A stretch of DNA of 21,310 bases from Candidatus Pelearchaeum maunauluense (GCA_030059675.1 JANVYQ010000017.1:1-21310), one strand, 5' to 3'. Positions 8,982-17,903 are shown, counted from the first letter of the stretch. The notes: a model not told the origin generated them from the sequence alone. A program made the numbers and translations.

Positions 8982-9857
8982 TCACCCGCTTCTATGGGTC
9001 AGCTCCCAAAGCCCCATATACACTAGATTCACACTCATCTCGCGCCTATATTCTGCGGAGCCGCGCACATCGTCTATCGGAGATATAGACTCTAGAACAG
9101 CCTTTGCCGCGTTCCACATGCTATCCTCGTCAAGCTTTTTGCTAATTATGAGCTGCTCACACCTCCGCGCACGCACTACCGTTGGCGCCACAGCACCCAA
9201 CGCTACACGCGCGTCGCTGAACAACCCGCTACGGCTGTCTCTTCTAACCCATATCGCCGCGTTGACCACAGCTATGGCGTCACCCAGCCTAAGCCCATGC
9301 TTCAGGAAAATCCCATCCTCATCATCACTCATCGCCCTCAACCTTACCTCACAGACCAGCTCATCCTCGGCGAGGTCAAGCTTCTTGTAGCCGCGATAGA
9401 AGCTCTCTATAGGAACTTCGCGGGAGCCGCGGGAGCTTGCCACCCTAACCACAGCGCCCAGCGCGTAGAGAGGCGGCAGCGAATCAGCTGCTGGCGAGGC
9501 ATTCACAATATTACCCCCTATGGAGGCTTTATTCATTATCTGTATCGAGCCTATCGTGCTTGCCGCGTCTGCGAGAATCTTGGCGTAGTGTCTTATGGTT
9601 TCTGAGCTTGCTATCTCGCTAAACGATGTGAGCGCGCCTATCCTTATCATATCATTATCGTCCAGCTTTATGTATCGTAGCTCGTCAAGACCGTAGATAT
9701 TGAGCAAGTCCCTGCGCGGGATTATTCCATCCTTCATCTGTATTATCAAGTCCGTTCCTCCAGCGACCACCTTAATCCTCCCTTTCCTGCTGCTGAGAAT
9801 CTCAAGAGCCTCATCTAGGCTTGATGGTGTGATAACATCTATGTCGTAGAGTAGCAT
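8982..9857 (-). CDS. Xanthine dehydrogenase family FAD-binding medium subunit
   Basis: AGGTDL, IGALT, ASIGGNIVNASPAAD, PIDDVRGSAEYR. Confidence 0.95.
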   Translation of the reverse strand: MLLYDIDVITPSSLDEALEILSSRKGRIKVVAGGTDLIIQMKDGIIPRRDLLNIYGLDELRYIKLDDNDMIRIGALTSFSEIASSETIRHYAKILADAASTIGSIQIMNKASIGGNIVNASPAADSLPPLYALGAVVRVASSRGSREVPIESFYRGYKKLDLAEDELVCEVRLRAMSDDEDGIFLKHGLRLGDAIAVVNAAIWVRRDSRSGLFSDARVALGAVAPTVVRARRCEQLIISKKLDEDSMWNAAKAVLESISPIDDVRGSAEYRREMSVNLVYMGLWELTHRSG

Positions 9858-9858
9858 T

Positions 9859-10335
9859 TTATCTGCGCACCCTGAGGACGGCTTCTAGAATCTTAGCATA
9901 TCCCGTGCATCTACATAGGTTGCCGCGTAGGGCTTCTTTAACCTCCTCAACCGAGGGGTTGGGGTTGCTCATGAGGAGAGCCTTCGTCGCCATTATCAAG
10001 CCAGGTGTGCAATAGCCGCACTGCACAGCACCAGACTCGGCATATGCTGACTGAACCTCATCTGGAGACGAGTCGCGGAGAAGTCCCTCAACAGTAGTTA
10101 CGCTACGCCCCTCGACCTGCGCCATGAGCGTAAGACAGGAATGAACAGCCCTACCATCCAGCAAGACCGTACAAGCACCACAATCACCATCACCACACCC
10201 ATCCTTAGTCCCCGTAAGATGTAGAACATTACGAAGAGTCTCAAGCAGGGTATATGCTGGCGGAACCTCAACCTCCACAGGCTTACCATTCAGAACAAAA
10301 CTAAAACGCTTAACTACCGCGCTACCACGCCGCAC
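9859..10335 (-). CDS. Xanthine dehydrogenase family 2x[2Fe-2S] small subunit
   Basis: GCGDGDCGAC..SC and QCGYCTPG..GNLCRCTGY. Confidence 0.95.
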   Translation of the reverse strand: MRRGSAVVKRFSFVLNGKPVEVEVPPAYTLLETLRNVLHLTGTKDGCGDGDCGACTVLLDGRAVHSCLTLMAQVEGRSVTTVEGLLRDSSPDEVQSAYAESGAVQCGYCTPGLIMATKALLMSNPNPSVEEVKEALRGNLCRCTGYAKILEAVLRVRR

Positions 10336-10355
10336 AGAAAGATTCTCCCCCGACC

Positions 10356-10370
10356 TTAATATTAATACTT
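10356..10370 (-). promoter_or_regulatory. Putative TATA box for the molybdoenzyme operon
   Basis: ttaatattaa palindrome about 25 nt upstream of the small-subunit GTG. Confidence 0.4.
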
Positions 10371-10395
10371 TGGAATAAAGCAGAGAGTTTAATGG

Positions 10396-10641
10396 TTAAC
10401 CCAGTTCTAAGATAGAAAACGCTTTTACAGATACGTTTCTCGCCTTCTCTCTAAGTTCCCTATCCTCTGATACGAGAAAAGCGTCAAGCTTTTTAGTCAG
10501 ATGAATGTATGAAGCATCATAGAAAGTTATCTCAAGTTCTATGGCTAGTTTTAGTATTGATGAAAGATCTTCTGCAGATTTAATTTCATAGACCTTCATA
10601 TGGCTCATAATGTAGCTATACAGTTTGTCTTGTAAATACTA
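10396..10641 (-). pseudogene. PIN-domain (VapC-like) toxin C-terminal remnant
   Basis: ITFYDASYIHL...LVSEDREL is the PIN C-terminal motif; the N-terminal acidic motif is missing and an in-frame TAG lies at 10639-10641; no antitoxin visible. Confidence 0.7.
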
Positions 10642-10708
10642 TATTTCGGATATCATTCTCCAACCTAAAAGTAGCCTTATGAGGAGCTGTTTACGCGGTA
10701 ATGGAGGC

Positions 10709-11734
10709 ATGACTGTAGCGGATATTCATGGGAAGGACTTGATTTCAACCCAGGAGTGGAATGTTGAGGAGATAAGCCTGGCCCTTGACCTGGCGCGTAG
10801 CATTAAGCAGTGGCGTTATGCTGGGAATGTTCCAGAGCTCTTTAAGAATAAGACCTTCTTCATGCTGTTCTACAATACTTCGACGAGGACTAGGGCGAGT
10901 TTTGAGGCTGCCGCGACCATGTTGGGCGGCCATGCGCAGTTTATAGACTTCGCGACCACGCGCGGGGCTGAGGGCGAGGCGGTGAAGGACATAGCGAAGA
11001 TGTATGAGCGCTTCGGCCATGCTCTGGGGATTAGGATACTTGAGTCGGCGGTTGATTATGTATATGGGCGTGGTAATGCAACGATACGCGAATACGCCCA
11101 ACACGCCAAGATACCCGTAATCAACATGGCAGACGACATGTATCACCCAACCCAAGCTATGGCTGATATATTCACAATCATGGAGAAGTTTGGGGGCAAT
11201 ATAGCTGGGAAGAAGTATGTTATCATGTGGGCTTATAGTGATAAGATAAGGAGCTGGGGGAGTGTTCAGGATGAGATGCTGATAGCTACGCGGTATGGGA
11301 TGGATGTTGTCCTCGCGTATCCGCCTGGCTTTGATATAGATGAGAAGCTGGTTGAGCAGGCTCGCGAGAATGCGCGGGACTCTGGAGGTGGGCTGGAGAT
11401 AACCCACGACCTAAAGGCGGCGATGCAGGGAGCGCATGTAGTGTTCCCGCGAAGCTGGGCAAGCCATGAATGCGTCTTAACAGGCCTAAATAGATTCGGA
11501 AGAGAACGCGAGCTGGAGCTGCATAACAAGTATAGGGGCTGGAAGCTCACGCGCGAGCTGGTAGACCTGATGGATAAGCGTGGAATAATCACGCATGTTC
11601 TTCCAGTCTTCCGCGGCCAGGAGGCGGATGATGATGTGATGGACAGTAAGAGGAGTGTAATCTATGACCAGGCGGAGAACCTGCTATACGTCAGGGCCGC
11701 TATACTGGCGCTGCTTGCTGGGGATGTTGATTAG
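10709..11734 (+). CDS. YgeW-like carbamoyltransferase (ATCase/OTCase superfamily), paralog 1
   Basis: STRTR, HPTQ, HVLP, QAEN; has WAYS and FPRSWA and lacks the OTC DxxxSMG loop. ATG 10709 follows GGAGG. Confidence 0.85.
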   Translation: MTVADIHGKDLISTQEWNVEEISLALDLARSIKQWRYAGNVPELFKNKTFFMLFYNTSTRTRASFEAAATMLGGHAQFIDFATTRGAEGEAVKDIAKMYERFGHALGIRILESAVDYVYGRGNATIREYAQHAKIPVINMADDMYHPTQAMADIFTIMEKFGGNIAGKKYVIMWAYSDKIRSWGSVQDEMLIATRYGMDVVLAYPPGFDIDEKLVEQARENARDSGGGLEITHDLKAAMQGAHVVFPRSWASHECVLTGLNRFGRERELELHNKYRGWKLTRELVDLMDKRGIITHVLPVFRGQEADDDVMDSKRSVIYDQAENLLYVRAAILALLAGDVD

Positions 11735-12696
11735 GGCAGTATATGCGTCCCAGCCCTGCCCTCAAGCGCCTCCCTCACCTGGGATAGCTCGGCTATAATA
11801 GCTTCCCTACCGCCTGCTTCAACGAAGCGTATCGCTGCCAAGACCTTCGGCCCCATGCTGCCAGCGGCGAAGTGGCCTTCATCATAGTATCTCCTGGCCT
11901 CACCTACCCTGAGCTGGGTTAGCTTCTTCTGCTGTGGTGTTCCGTAGTTTATGTATGCTGCATCTACATCGGTTAGTATTATGAACCTGCTCGCGCCTAT
12001 GAGGCTCGCGAGACGCTGGCCAGCTAGGTCTTTGTCTATCACCGCCTCAACCCCACGTGCCTGTCCATCTTCCTCAACTATCGGAATCCCACCGCCGCCG
12101 CTTGCTACCACGATAAACCCAGCGTCAACCAACGTCCTTATCGCGTGCCGCTCAGCTATTATCTTGGGGTCTGGCGATGGCACCACACGCCTCCAACCTC
12201 CGCGAGCCTTATCCTCCTTAAACACATACTCAGGATGCGCCTCCCTAATCTTCTCCATCTCCTCCCTACTGTAGAACGGGCCTATCGGCTTCGTCGGATT
12301 GGCGAAGGCAGGGTCGTCTCTATCAACTATCACGCGCGTAACCACTGTTATCACGTACTTGTCTATTCCACGTCTCTTCAGCTCGTTTCTGAGGGCCTGC
12401 TGTATCATGTAGCCTATGAAGCCCTGGGTCTCCGCGCCGCATACATCCATCGGGAAGGGCGGTATGCCGTACATCTTGCTTCCAGCGTCGTGTCGTAGTA
12501 GCGTAGCTCCAACCTGCGGGCCGTTGCCATGCGTTATGACCAGGTTGTAGCCCCTCTCTACTAGGTCTGCTAGATACCGCGAGGTCGTCTCCACGTTCCT
12601 ATACTGCTCGGAGAAGGAGCCCTTCTCCCCACGTCGCAGTAAAGCGTTACCGCCAAGAGCGATTACGATAAGCTCACCATCATTACGTTGATTCAT
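11731..12696 (-). CDS. arcC: Carbamate kinase
   Basis: [52 protein letters not shown]; probable start ATG 12696. Confidence 0.95.
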   Translation of the reverse strand: MNQRNDGELIVIALGGNALLRRGEKGSFSEQYRNVETTSRYLADLVERGYNLVITHGNGPQVGATLLRHDAGSKMYGIPPFPMDVCGAETQGFIGYMIQQALRNELKRRGIDKYVITVVTRVIVDRDDPAFANPTKPIGPFYSREEMEKIREAHPEYVFKEDKARGGWRRVVPSPDPKIIAERHAIRTLVDAGFIVVASGGGGIPIVEEDGQARGVEAVIDKDLAGQRLASLIGASRFIILTDVDAAYINYGTPQQKKLTQLRVGEARRYYDEGHFAAGSMGPKVLAAIRFVEAGGREAIIAELSQVREALEGRAGTHILP

Positions 12697-12741
12697 GCAG
12701 GAGAAAGCACAACTGCTCAATAAAAAATTATGCCTCTCTTC

Positions 12742-13995
12742 TTAGATGTTCAGCACTCTCCTAAGCTCCTCTATACGCGGCTCTATGAGCGGTGGCTCGC
12801 CATATAGCTGGGTGGTTTTTTCAGCCTCCTTGAGGCCTGAGCCCGTTACTAATACGACAACCGTTTCGGTCTTGTCTATTTTTCCCGCGTCCAGCAGTTT
12901 TTTAAGCCCTGCTAGGCCAGCGGCTCCTGATGGCTCTGCGAATATCCCCTCCTTTGACGCTAGGAGCTTCATGGCCTCGGCTATTTCCTCGTCGGATACC
13001 GCCACCCCCTCGCCGCCTGAGCTTCGCGTTGCCTGCATGGCAGCATCGCCATCCCAGGGAAATGGGTCAAGCAGGCCAGATGCTATAGACCTAGGCCACT
13101 TCTCGGGCTCTATCTCCTCAAACCTCTTCCCAGAGTTAATCGCCCTCACGAGGGGCTGGTTTCCAGTGGGCTGGACTGGGAAGAGCCTGGGAGCCTCCTC
13201 CACGATTCCCAGAGCGTTTAGGTCGCGTATCCCGCGCCAAACACCCGTGAGGAGACAGCCAGAGCCTGTTGGGACAAGTATCGCATCTGGAGAGCACCAG
13301 CCAAGCTGCTCAACAACCTCATATGAGATTGTCTTAGGACCCTCAACTTGGTAGGGGTTGAAGGGGCCGAAGCTGGGTGATGGGTACCAGCCCAGCTCCT
13401 CAACGGTTCTGAGCATCATCTGCACCGTGGGGTCTCTGCCTTCTTCTATCTGCCTCACCCGCACTACATGCGCTCCTAGCAGGAGGAGCTGCGCTGCTTT
13501 GCCGCGCGCTACATCTTCTGGGACGAATGCGTAGCATCTTAGGCCTAGCGCCGCCGAGTATGCTGCTAGTGATGAGGCTGCATTGCCGCTTGAGGCTATG
13601 ACGACGTTGCTCTTACCCATCTCGGCAGCCTTAGCAGCGCCTACTGCCATGGCCCTATCCTTGAACGATGCTGTTGGGTTGCGTGTCTCGTCTTTGAGAT
13701 AGAGGTTCTTCATTCCGAGAAGCCCGGCCAGCCTCTTGGAGCGTATGAGCGGCGTGTTTCCCTCATTTAGCTGCGCGGCGAACCTCTTGTCTGCTGGCAT
13801 AAGCTCCGCGTAGCGCCACACGCCTATCTGCGGTCTCCCCGCTATCTTATCTCTGTCCAGCTTCTCCATTATCTTAACATAGTCATAGTTTATGTCCAGC
13901 CTACCGAAGTCGCGCTCCTCACACATCAGGGGATTCTGACGCGGCTCGTATCTCCTACCACACCTAGAGCATACAAGACTCACCACATACGACAA
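12742..13995 (-). CDS. Threonine synthase-like PLP enzyme (fold type II)
   Basis: N-terminal CSRC, EGNTPL, NPTASFKDR, ASSGNAA, PTGSG, FAEPSGAAG, LVTGSGLK; true substrate uncertain. Confidence 0.85.
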   Translation of the reverse strand: MSYVVSLVCSRCGRRYEPRQNPLMCEERDFGRLDINYDYVKIMEKLDRDKIAGRPQIGVWRYAELMPADKRFAAQLNEGNTPLIRSKRLAGLLGMKNLYLKDETRNPTASFKDRAMAVGAAKAAEMGKSNVVIASSGNAASSLAAYSAALGLRCYAFVPEDVARGKAAQLLLLGAHVVRVRQIEEGRDPTVQMMLRTVEELGWYPSPSFGPFNPYQVEGPKTISYEVVEQLGWCSPDAILVPTGSGCLLTGVWRGIRDLNALGIVEEAPRLFPVQPTGNQPLVRAINSGKRFEEIEPEKWPRSIASGLLDPFPWDGDAAMQATRSSGGEGVAVSDEEIAEAMKLLASKEGIFAEPSGAAGLAGLKKLLDAGKIDKTETVVVLVTGSGLKEAEKTTQLYGEPPLIEPRIEELRRVLNI

Positions 13996-13998
13996 GGC

Positions 13999-15027
13999 TT
14001 ACTCTATCACCTCAAGCCTGTTCTGATATCTCTGGAGCTGGCTCAAGCTATACTCGTCAAGCGGGTGCTCGCGCTCAGGTACTACAAGCTCCTTCTTAAC
14101 CCCGAAGACCTCTGTGGAGAAATACCTATTCCCAGAGTCGTTCACCATAGTTACTATCCTCCTAAGCTCTGGATGCCTCTTCGCGAGCTTTATCGCTGCA
14201 ACCACGTTGCAGCCTGATGATATTCCGCAGAAGATTCCCTCCTCCATTATGAGGCGGCGCGTCATTCTTATCGCCTCCTCCGAGGAGACGGTTATCACCC
14301 CATCCAGTATGCTTAGGTCCAAGTTACGCGGGATGAAGCCGTCGCCTATACCCTCAATCTTATGAGAGCCCCACCTGCCATGCGCTATTATGGGAGCCTC
14401 TGAAGGCTCAACAGCGTAAAGCCTCACTCCACTCCTCTTCTCTCTAAGAAACTTGCCAACACCGGTAAGCGTGCCGCCAGTACCCTGCGAAGCTAGGAAA
14501 CAATCCACATCACCCCCAGTCTGCTCCCAAATCTCTGGTCCAGTGGTCTTGTAGTGGGCTGCGGGGTTGTCTGGGTTGCTGAACTGGTTGGGGAACCAAT
14601 AGCGTCTCGGATGCTCGTTGATTAGGCTCTCTATCTTCTTCAGGCAGAGGTCTACGTCGCTCTCTCCGCCTGGTGTGAGCATTAGTTCTCCGCCGAAAGC
14701 TCTTATCAACTGCTTTCGCTCCTCGCTCATCCCCTCTGGCATAACCACAGTTACCCTATACCCTAGGACGCGGCCGACGAATGAGCAGGCTATCCCAGCA
14801 TTCCCCGTTGAGGCTTCTAGTATCTCCATCCCAGGCTCTAGGTCGCCCCGCTCAATAGCCCTGGTTATCATCTCCCTGTATATCCTGTCCTTCAGGCTTC
14901 CAGTGGGGTTGAAGAACTCCAGCTTGACTAGAATCTCAGCCCCGATACCCTCAGACTCAGGTATGCGGCGGAGCTTCATCAAGGGAGTATTCCCTATCGT
15001 GTCAAGAATAGACTCCGCAACCTTCAT
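13999..15027 (-). CDS. Cysteine synthase family PLP enzyme with C-terminal extension
   Basis: IGNTPL, NPTGSLKDR, EASTGNAG, NQFSNPDN, GTGGT, HKIEGIG, GISSG, DSGNRY; 3-nt gap to the thrC-like gene. Confidence 0.88.
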   Translation of the reverse strand: MKVAESILDTIGNTPLMKLRRIPESEGIGAEILVKLEFFNPTGSLKDRIYREMITRAIERGDLEPGMEILEASTGNAGIACSFVGRVLGYRVTVVMPEGMSEERKQLIRAFGGELMLTPGGESDVDLCLKKIESLINEHPRRYWFPNQFSNPDNPAAHYKTTGPEIWEQTGGDVDCFLASQGTGGTLTGVGKFLREKRSGVRLYAVEPSEAPIIAHGRWGSHKIEGIGDGFIPRNLDLSILDGVITVSSEEAIRMTRRLIMEEGIFCGISSGCNVVAAIKLAKRHPELRRIVTMVNDSGNRYFSTEVFGVKKELVVPEREHPLDEYSLSQLQRYQNRLEVIE

Positions 15028-15064
15028 AAACCTACCTTAACCGTTGCTTATTTTTAGAGTTTCG

Positions 15065-15322
15065 TCAATCTAGTAATTTCTTTAGAAGCTACTCCTCCTT
15101 AGGAACACCTACGAACGCGAGCTTACCATCTATCACTACTGCGGGAGTCGTCATAATCATATATCGTAAAGCCGCCTCTGGGTTCGCTGCCAAATCAACA
15201 ACCCTAATCTCAATATCTCTAACTTTACCCCTCATATTCTCAATAAGCCGCTGGATTGTTTTTATGGTCTGCTCGAAGCGCTGGCAGCCTGACGAGGTTA
15301 GAATCTCAACACGCTTAGCCAT
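15065..15322 (-). pseudogene. Small thioredoxin/glutaredoxin-like protein, degraded
   Basis: TPAVVIDGKLAFVGVP thioredoxin motif; CxxC reads CQRF; TAG 15089-15091 interrupts KEE*LLKKLLD*. Confidence 0.7.
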
Positions 15323-15334
15323 GTTTCACACCTA

Positions 15335-16290
15335 CTAATGCGCGTGTGGTAGGTTTTCACCCATATAAGCCATGAGCAGCGAAAAGGCGAATAACGTCAA
15401 GACCAGTATTAGCCTGTTAGCTTCCACCTTCCTCGCTGTTTGTCGTATGAGGTAGGGCGCTGAGAGTAAGGCGGCGAATAGCATCCAAGGCCCATAGATT
15501 GCGGCGGAGCTATGAACATTCAAATCTCCCAGTATTGTTTCTATAGTCTCTGACTCTGCAACCATCTGGCCTAGTGTTGCCGCTATTAGCGCGTTCCAGA
15601 GGCCGTGTATTATGCTCAACTCCCACCATGCGTGGCCGAATAGTGGCTTGGGAAGTGTGAGGGCTGCGAATATGATGAGCCCCCAGCCAGTTAGCCGTGC
15701 TACCGCCTCACGCTTAGCCGCTATTCCGTCTAGTCAAATCCAAGCCCAGAATGCCTAGTGCAGATATTGCCAGTAGTGGAATAGCCCTACCGAGCCCATG
15801 CAACGCGGCCTGTATTCCTCCAAACCCGATGCTGGCCGTTGCCGCTATGTATGTGAGGAGCAGGAAAAAGAGCGGGTTTGGGCATCCTATTCCAGCATTA
15901 CCCACTAAGACGCCCATGAGATATGATTTCAGATATTCGCCGCCTCTCAGCAGAATACCGCCGCCAACACCCAAGCTTGGGAGCGTGATTCTCAACACCC
16001 CCAACTCCGAGAGCCCGAATAGATACGCCATAACTCCAGCCAAGAGCCACATAGCTAGCGTGAGCTGGTCTAGGTAGAGTATCTTGCCCAGAGCTGCTGT
16101 GGCGAGGCCGTAGAGGCTTATTGTAGTGATGAGCCCGGCACCAAATAACAGGGATATTGTAATTCCCTTCATGGCCCTATGCCCCATGCTTAGAGGAACT
16201 ATGACAAACAACGCGGGAAGCGTGCAGGCCAGGAATATCATGGATACCCCAGCCACATAAGCCAACAAAAACACAACAAAAGTGGAGGCT
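15335..16290 (-). pseudogene. CcdA/DsbD-like transmembrane thiol-redox protein, frameshifted near 15728 and probably 5'-truncated
   Basis: AYVAGVSMIFLACTLP and GIGCPNP cysteine pair; after the shift GIAAKREAVARLTGWGLIIFAAL...HAWWELSIIHGLW runs in frame into ORF 15335-15619. Confidence 0.75.
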
Positions 16291-16337
16291 CAAGCAAAAA
16301 AGAATGTGTAATACTTGGGAGAAAGCTCTAGAACCCC

Positions 16338-17390
16338 TCACCGCATGACCATGCTCATAACAGCCTTCTGGACATGGAGCCTGTTCTCAGCCTGCTCAAA
16401 GTAGAGAGAGTAGCGGCTGCTGTCTATAACCTCGTCAACGACCTCCTGCCCCCTGTCAGCTGGGCCACAGTGCATGTACTTCCCCTTGTTGGTGAGATCC
16501 ATGAGCTCAGGCGTGCATATCCAGTCCTTGAACCTATCCTGGTAAGCCCTTGCGCCATCCTTATCCACTGAGCTATTATATGGTGGGAAGAACTTCTTCG
16601 GAGACCATGCCTTTGGATAAACGAAGTCAGCGCCCTCAAAGGCTTCCTTCATGTCATTAACTATCGTGAAGCTCCCGCCGTACCTGTCTGCGTTCTCCTT
16701 GCAGGCTTTGATTACGTGCTCCTCCAGCTCGAAGCCTGGTGGATGCGCCAGCACCACATCCATCCCGAACTGGGTGCCTATCAAGACGCAGCTCTGCGGC
16801 ACGGCTAGGGGCTTGAGCCCGCCTGAATATGCGTAGGAGACGACGAACTTCTTGCCGCGCGGCTTCGGCGCTACATCCGTTATCGCCATAATGTCTGCGA
16901 GAGCCTGGAACGGGTGGTAGATATCATCCTCCATGTTGAGGACTGGTATGCTGCTCCACTTGGCGAACTCCTGGATTACGCGATGCCCTCTCCCAATATG
17001 CCACTTGGCTGCATCACCGTATATCCTTATGGCTATCGCATCACCGTACCTGCTCAGCACGCGGGATACATCAGCTATGGACTCGGTCTGGTAGGGTATC
17101 ATGTCTTCTGGGAGGGTTGGTGTATAGACATCCTGCGGGCTTAGGAAGTGTGCGTGTCCGCCGAGCTGGTAGATTCCCGCCTCAAACGAGTTTCGCGTCC
17201 TGAGTGAGCGGTTGTAGAAGAGCATGAAGAGCGTTCTACCGCTCAGGTATGGCGTAGGCGTTCTAGACCTAAACTTCTCGCGCAGGTCTCTAGCAGCCTC
17301 AAGAATCGCCGCAACCTCTTCTTGGGAAAAGTCATTCGTGTTGAGAAAGTGCCTACCACTCATCTTACCTACATACGCGGGTGTGCTCAT
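16338..17390 (-). CDS. YgeW-like carbamoyltransferase, paralog 2
   Basis: SLRTR, HPFQ, YAYSGGLKPLAVPQS, YPKAWS, YMHCGPAD, QAENRLH; closely recalls YgeW motifs (WAYS..KPLSVPQG, YPKSW, HCLPAD); no SMG loop. Confidence 0.88.
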   Translation of the reverse strand: MSTPAYVGKMSGRHFLNTNDFSQEEVAAILEAARDLREKFRSRTPTPYLSGRTLFMLFYNRSLRTRNSFEAGIYQLGGHAHFLSPQDVYTPTLPEDMIPYQTESIADVSRVLSRYGDAIAIRIYGDAAKWHIGRGHRVIQEFAKWSSIPVLNMEDDIYHPFQALADIMAITDVAPKPRGKKFVVSYAYSGGLKPLAVPQSCVLIGTQFGMDVVLAHPPGFELEEHVIKACKENADRYGGSFTIVNDMKEAFEGADFVYPKAWSPKKFFPPYNSSVDKDGARAYQDRFKDWICTPELMDLTNKGKYMHCGPADRGQEVVDEVIDSSRYSLYFEQAENRLHVQKAVMSMVMR

Positions 17391-17412
17391 ACAGCTGAGA
17401 CATACGGGTGGC

Positions 17413-17424
17413 GTTAATATAAGA
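17413..17424 (-). promoter_or_regulatory. Putative TATA box for carbamoyltransferase paralog 2
   Basis: Minus-strand cttatattaa about 25-30 nt upstream of ATG 17390, consistent with a leaderless archaeal transcript. Confidence 0.45.
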
Positions 17425-17506
17425 ATGTGCTACCTAACGTTCAGGCCCTCGCATTTCTTTGGGGCTTAAATAATATTATGGAACTTTTGTGGAGAAGATG
17501 TAGGGG

Positions 17507-17903
17507 ATGGCTGTAGATGCTGCAACGCGGGTTAGGCTATGCTTGGAGGGTGTCGAGAGGCTTCTTGAAGAGAGTCTGTAAAGGAGTTTGAAGCAGGATT
17601 GCGTGGAGGGAGTTCGGTTAAGATGCGGGACGCCGCGGAGAAGGCATAGAGCGCCGTAGTACAAGCAACAGACGCACTCCTGCTAAGCACGTTAGGCAAG
17701 AAAACCTCAAACCACTGGGAGAGAAGACGTCTCCTAAGAGAGCTTGAACGGAGCAGGCTAGAGATTGAGAAGCTGGGCTTGAGAGATAGATACTCGGCAA
17801 GGGAGAAGAACCTGTATGAAATGGTCTTTTATAACGGGATAATAGATGTTTGGAGAAGGCTAGGCGGTATCTTGATGATATACGTATGCGGGTTAGAGCT
17901 TAG
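17507..17903 (+). pseudogene. PaREP1/HEPN family protein, multiply disrupted
   Basis: Reassembled by hand: MAVDAATRVRLCLEGVERLLE/ESVKEFEAG...MRDAAEKA*SAVVQATDALL...NHWERRRLL...LRDRYSAREKNLYEMVFYNG.../LEKARRYLDDIR. TAG 17647-17649 replaces the W of AAEKAW; frameshifts near 17570 and 17850. Confidence 0.75.

Noticed and set aside
6689-10335. Aerobic CO dehydrogenase coxMSL
   Set aside because: The active-site loop is AFRGFG, not AYxCSFR or AYRGAGR.
10709-12696. Arginine deiminase pathway (arcB-arcC)
   Set aside because: No deiminase in the window, and the carbamoyltransferase lacks the ornithine-binding DxxxSMG and HCLP motifs.
10745-13354. Long antisense ORFs (10745-11407, 12746-13354 and similar shadow ORFs across the window)
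   Set aside because: They lie fully opposite well-supported genes, have Ser/Pro/Arg-rich shadow composition and show no motifs.
345-17649. Amber (TAG) recoding suggested by in-frame TAGs at 345, 10639, 15089 and 17647
   Set aside because: The same genes also carry frameshifts or truncations, TAG ends intact genes here (for example 11732-11734), and no pyl genes are present; point mutations suffice.
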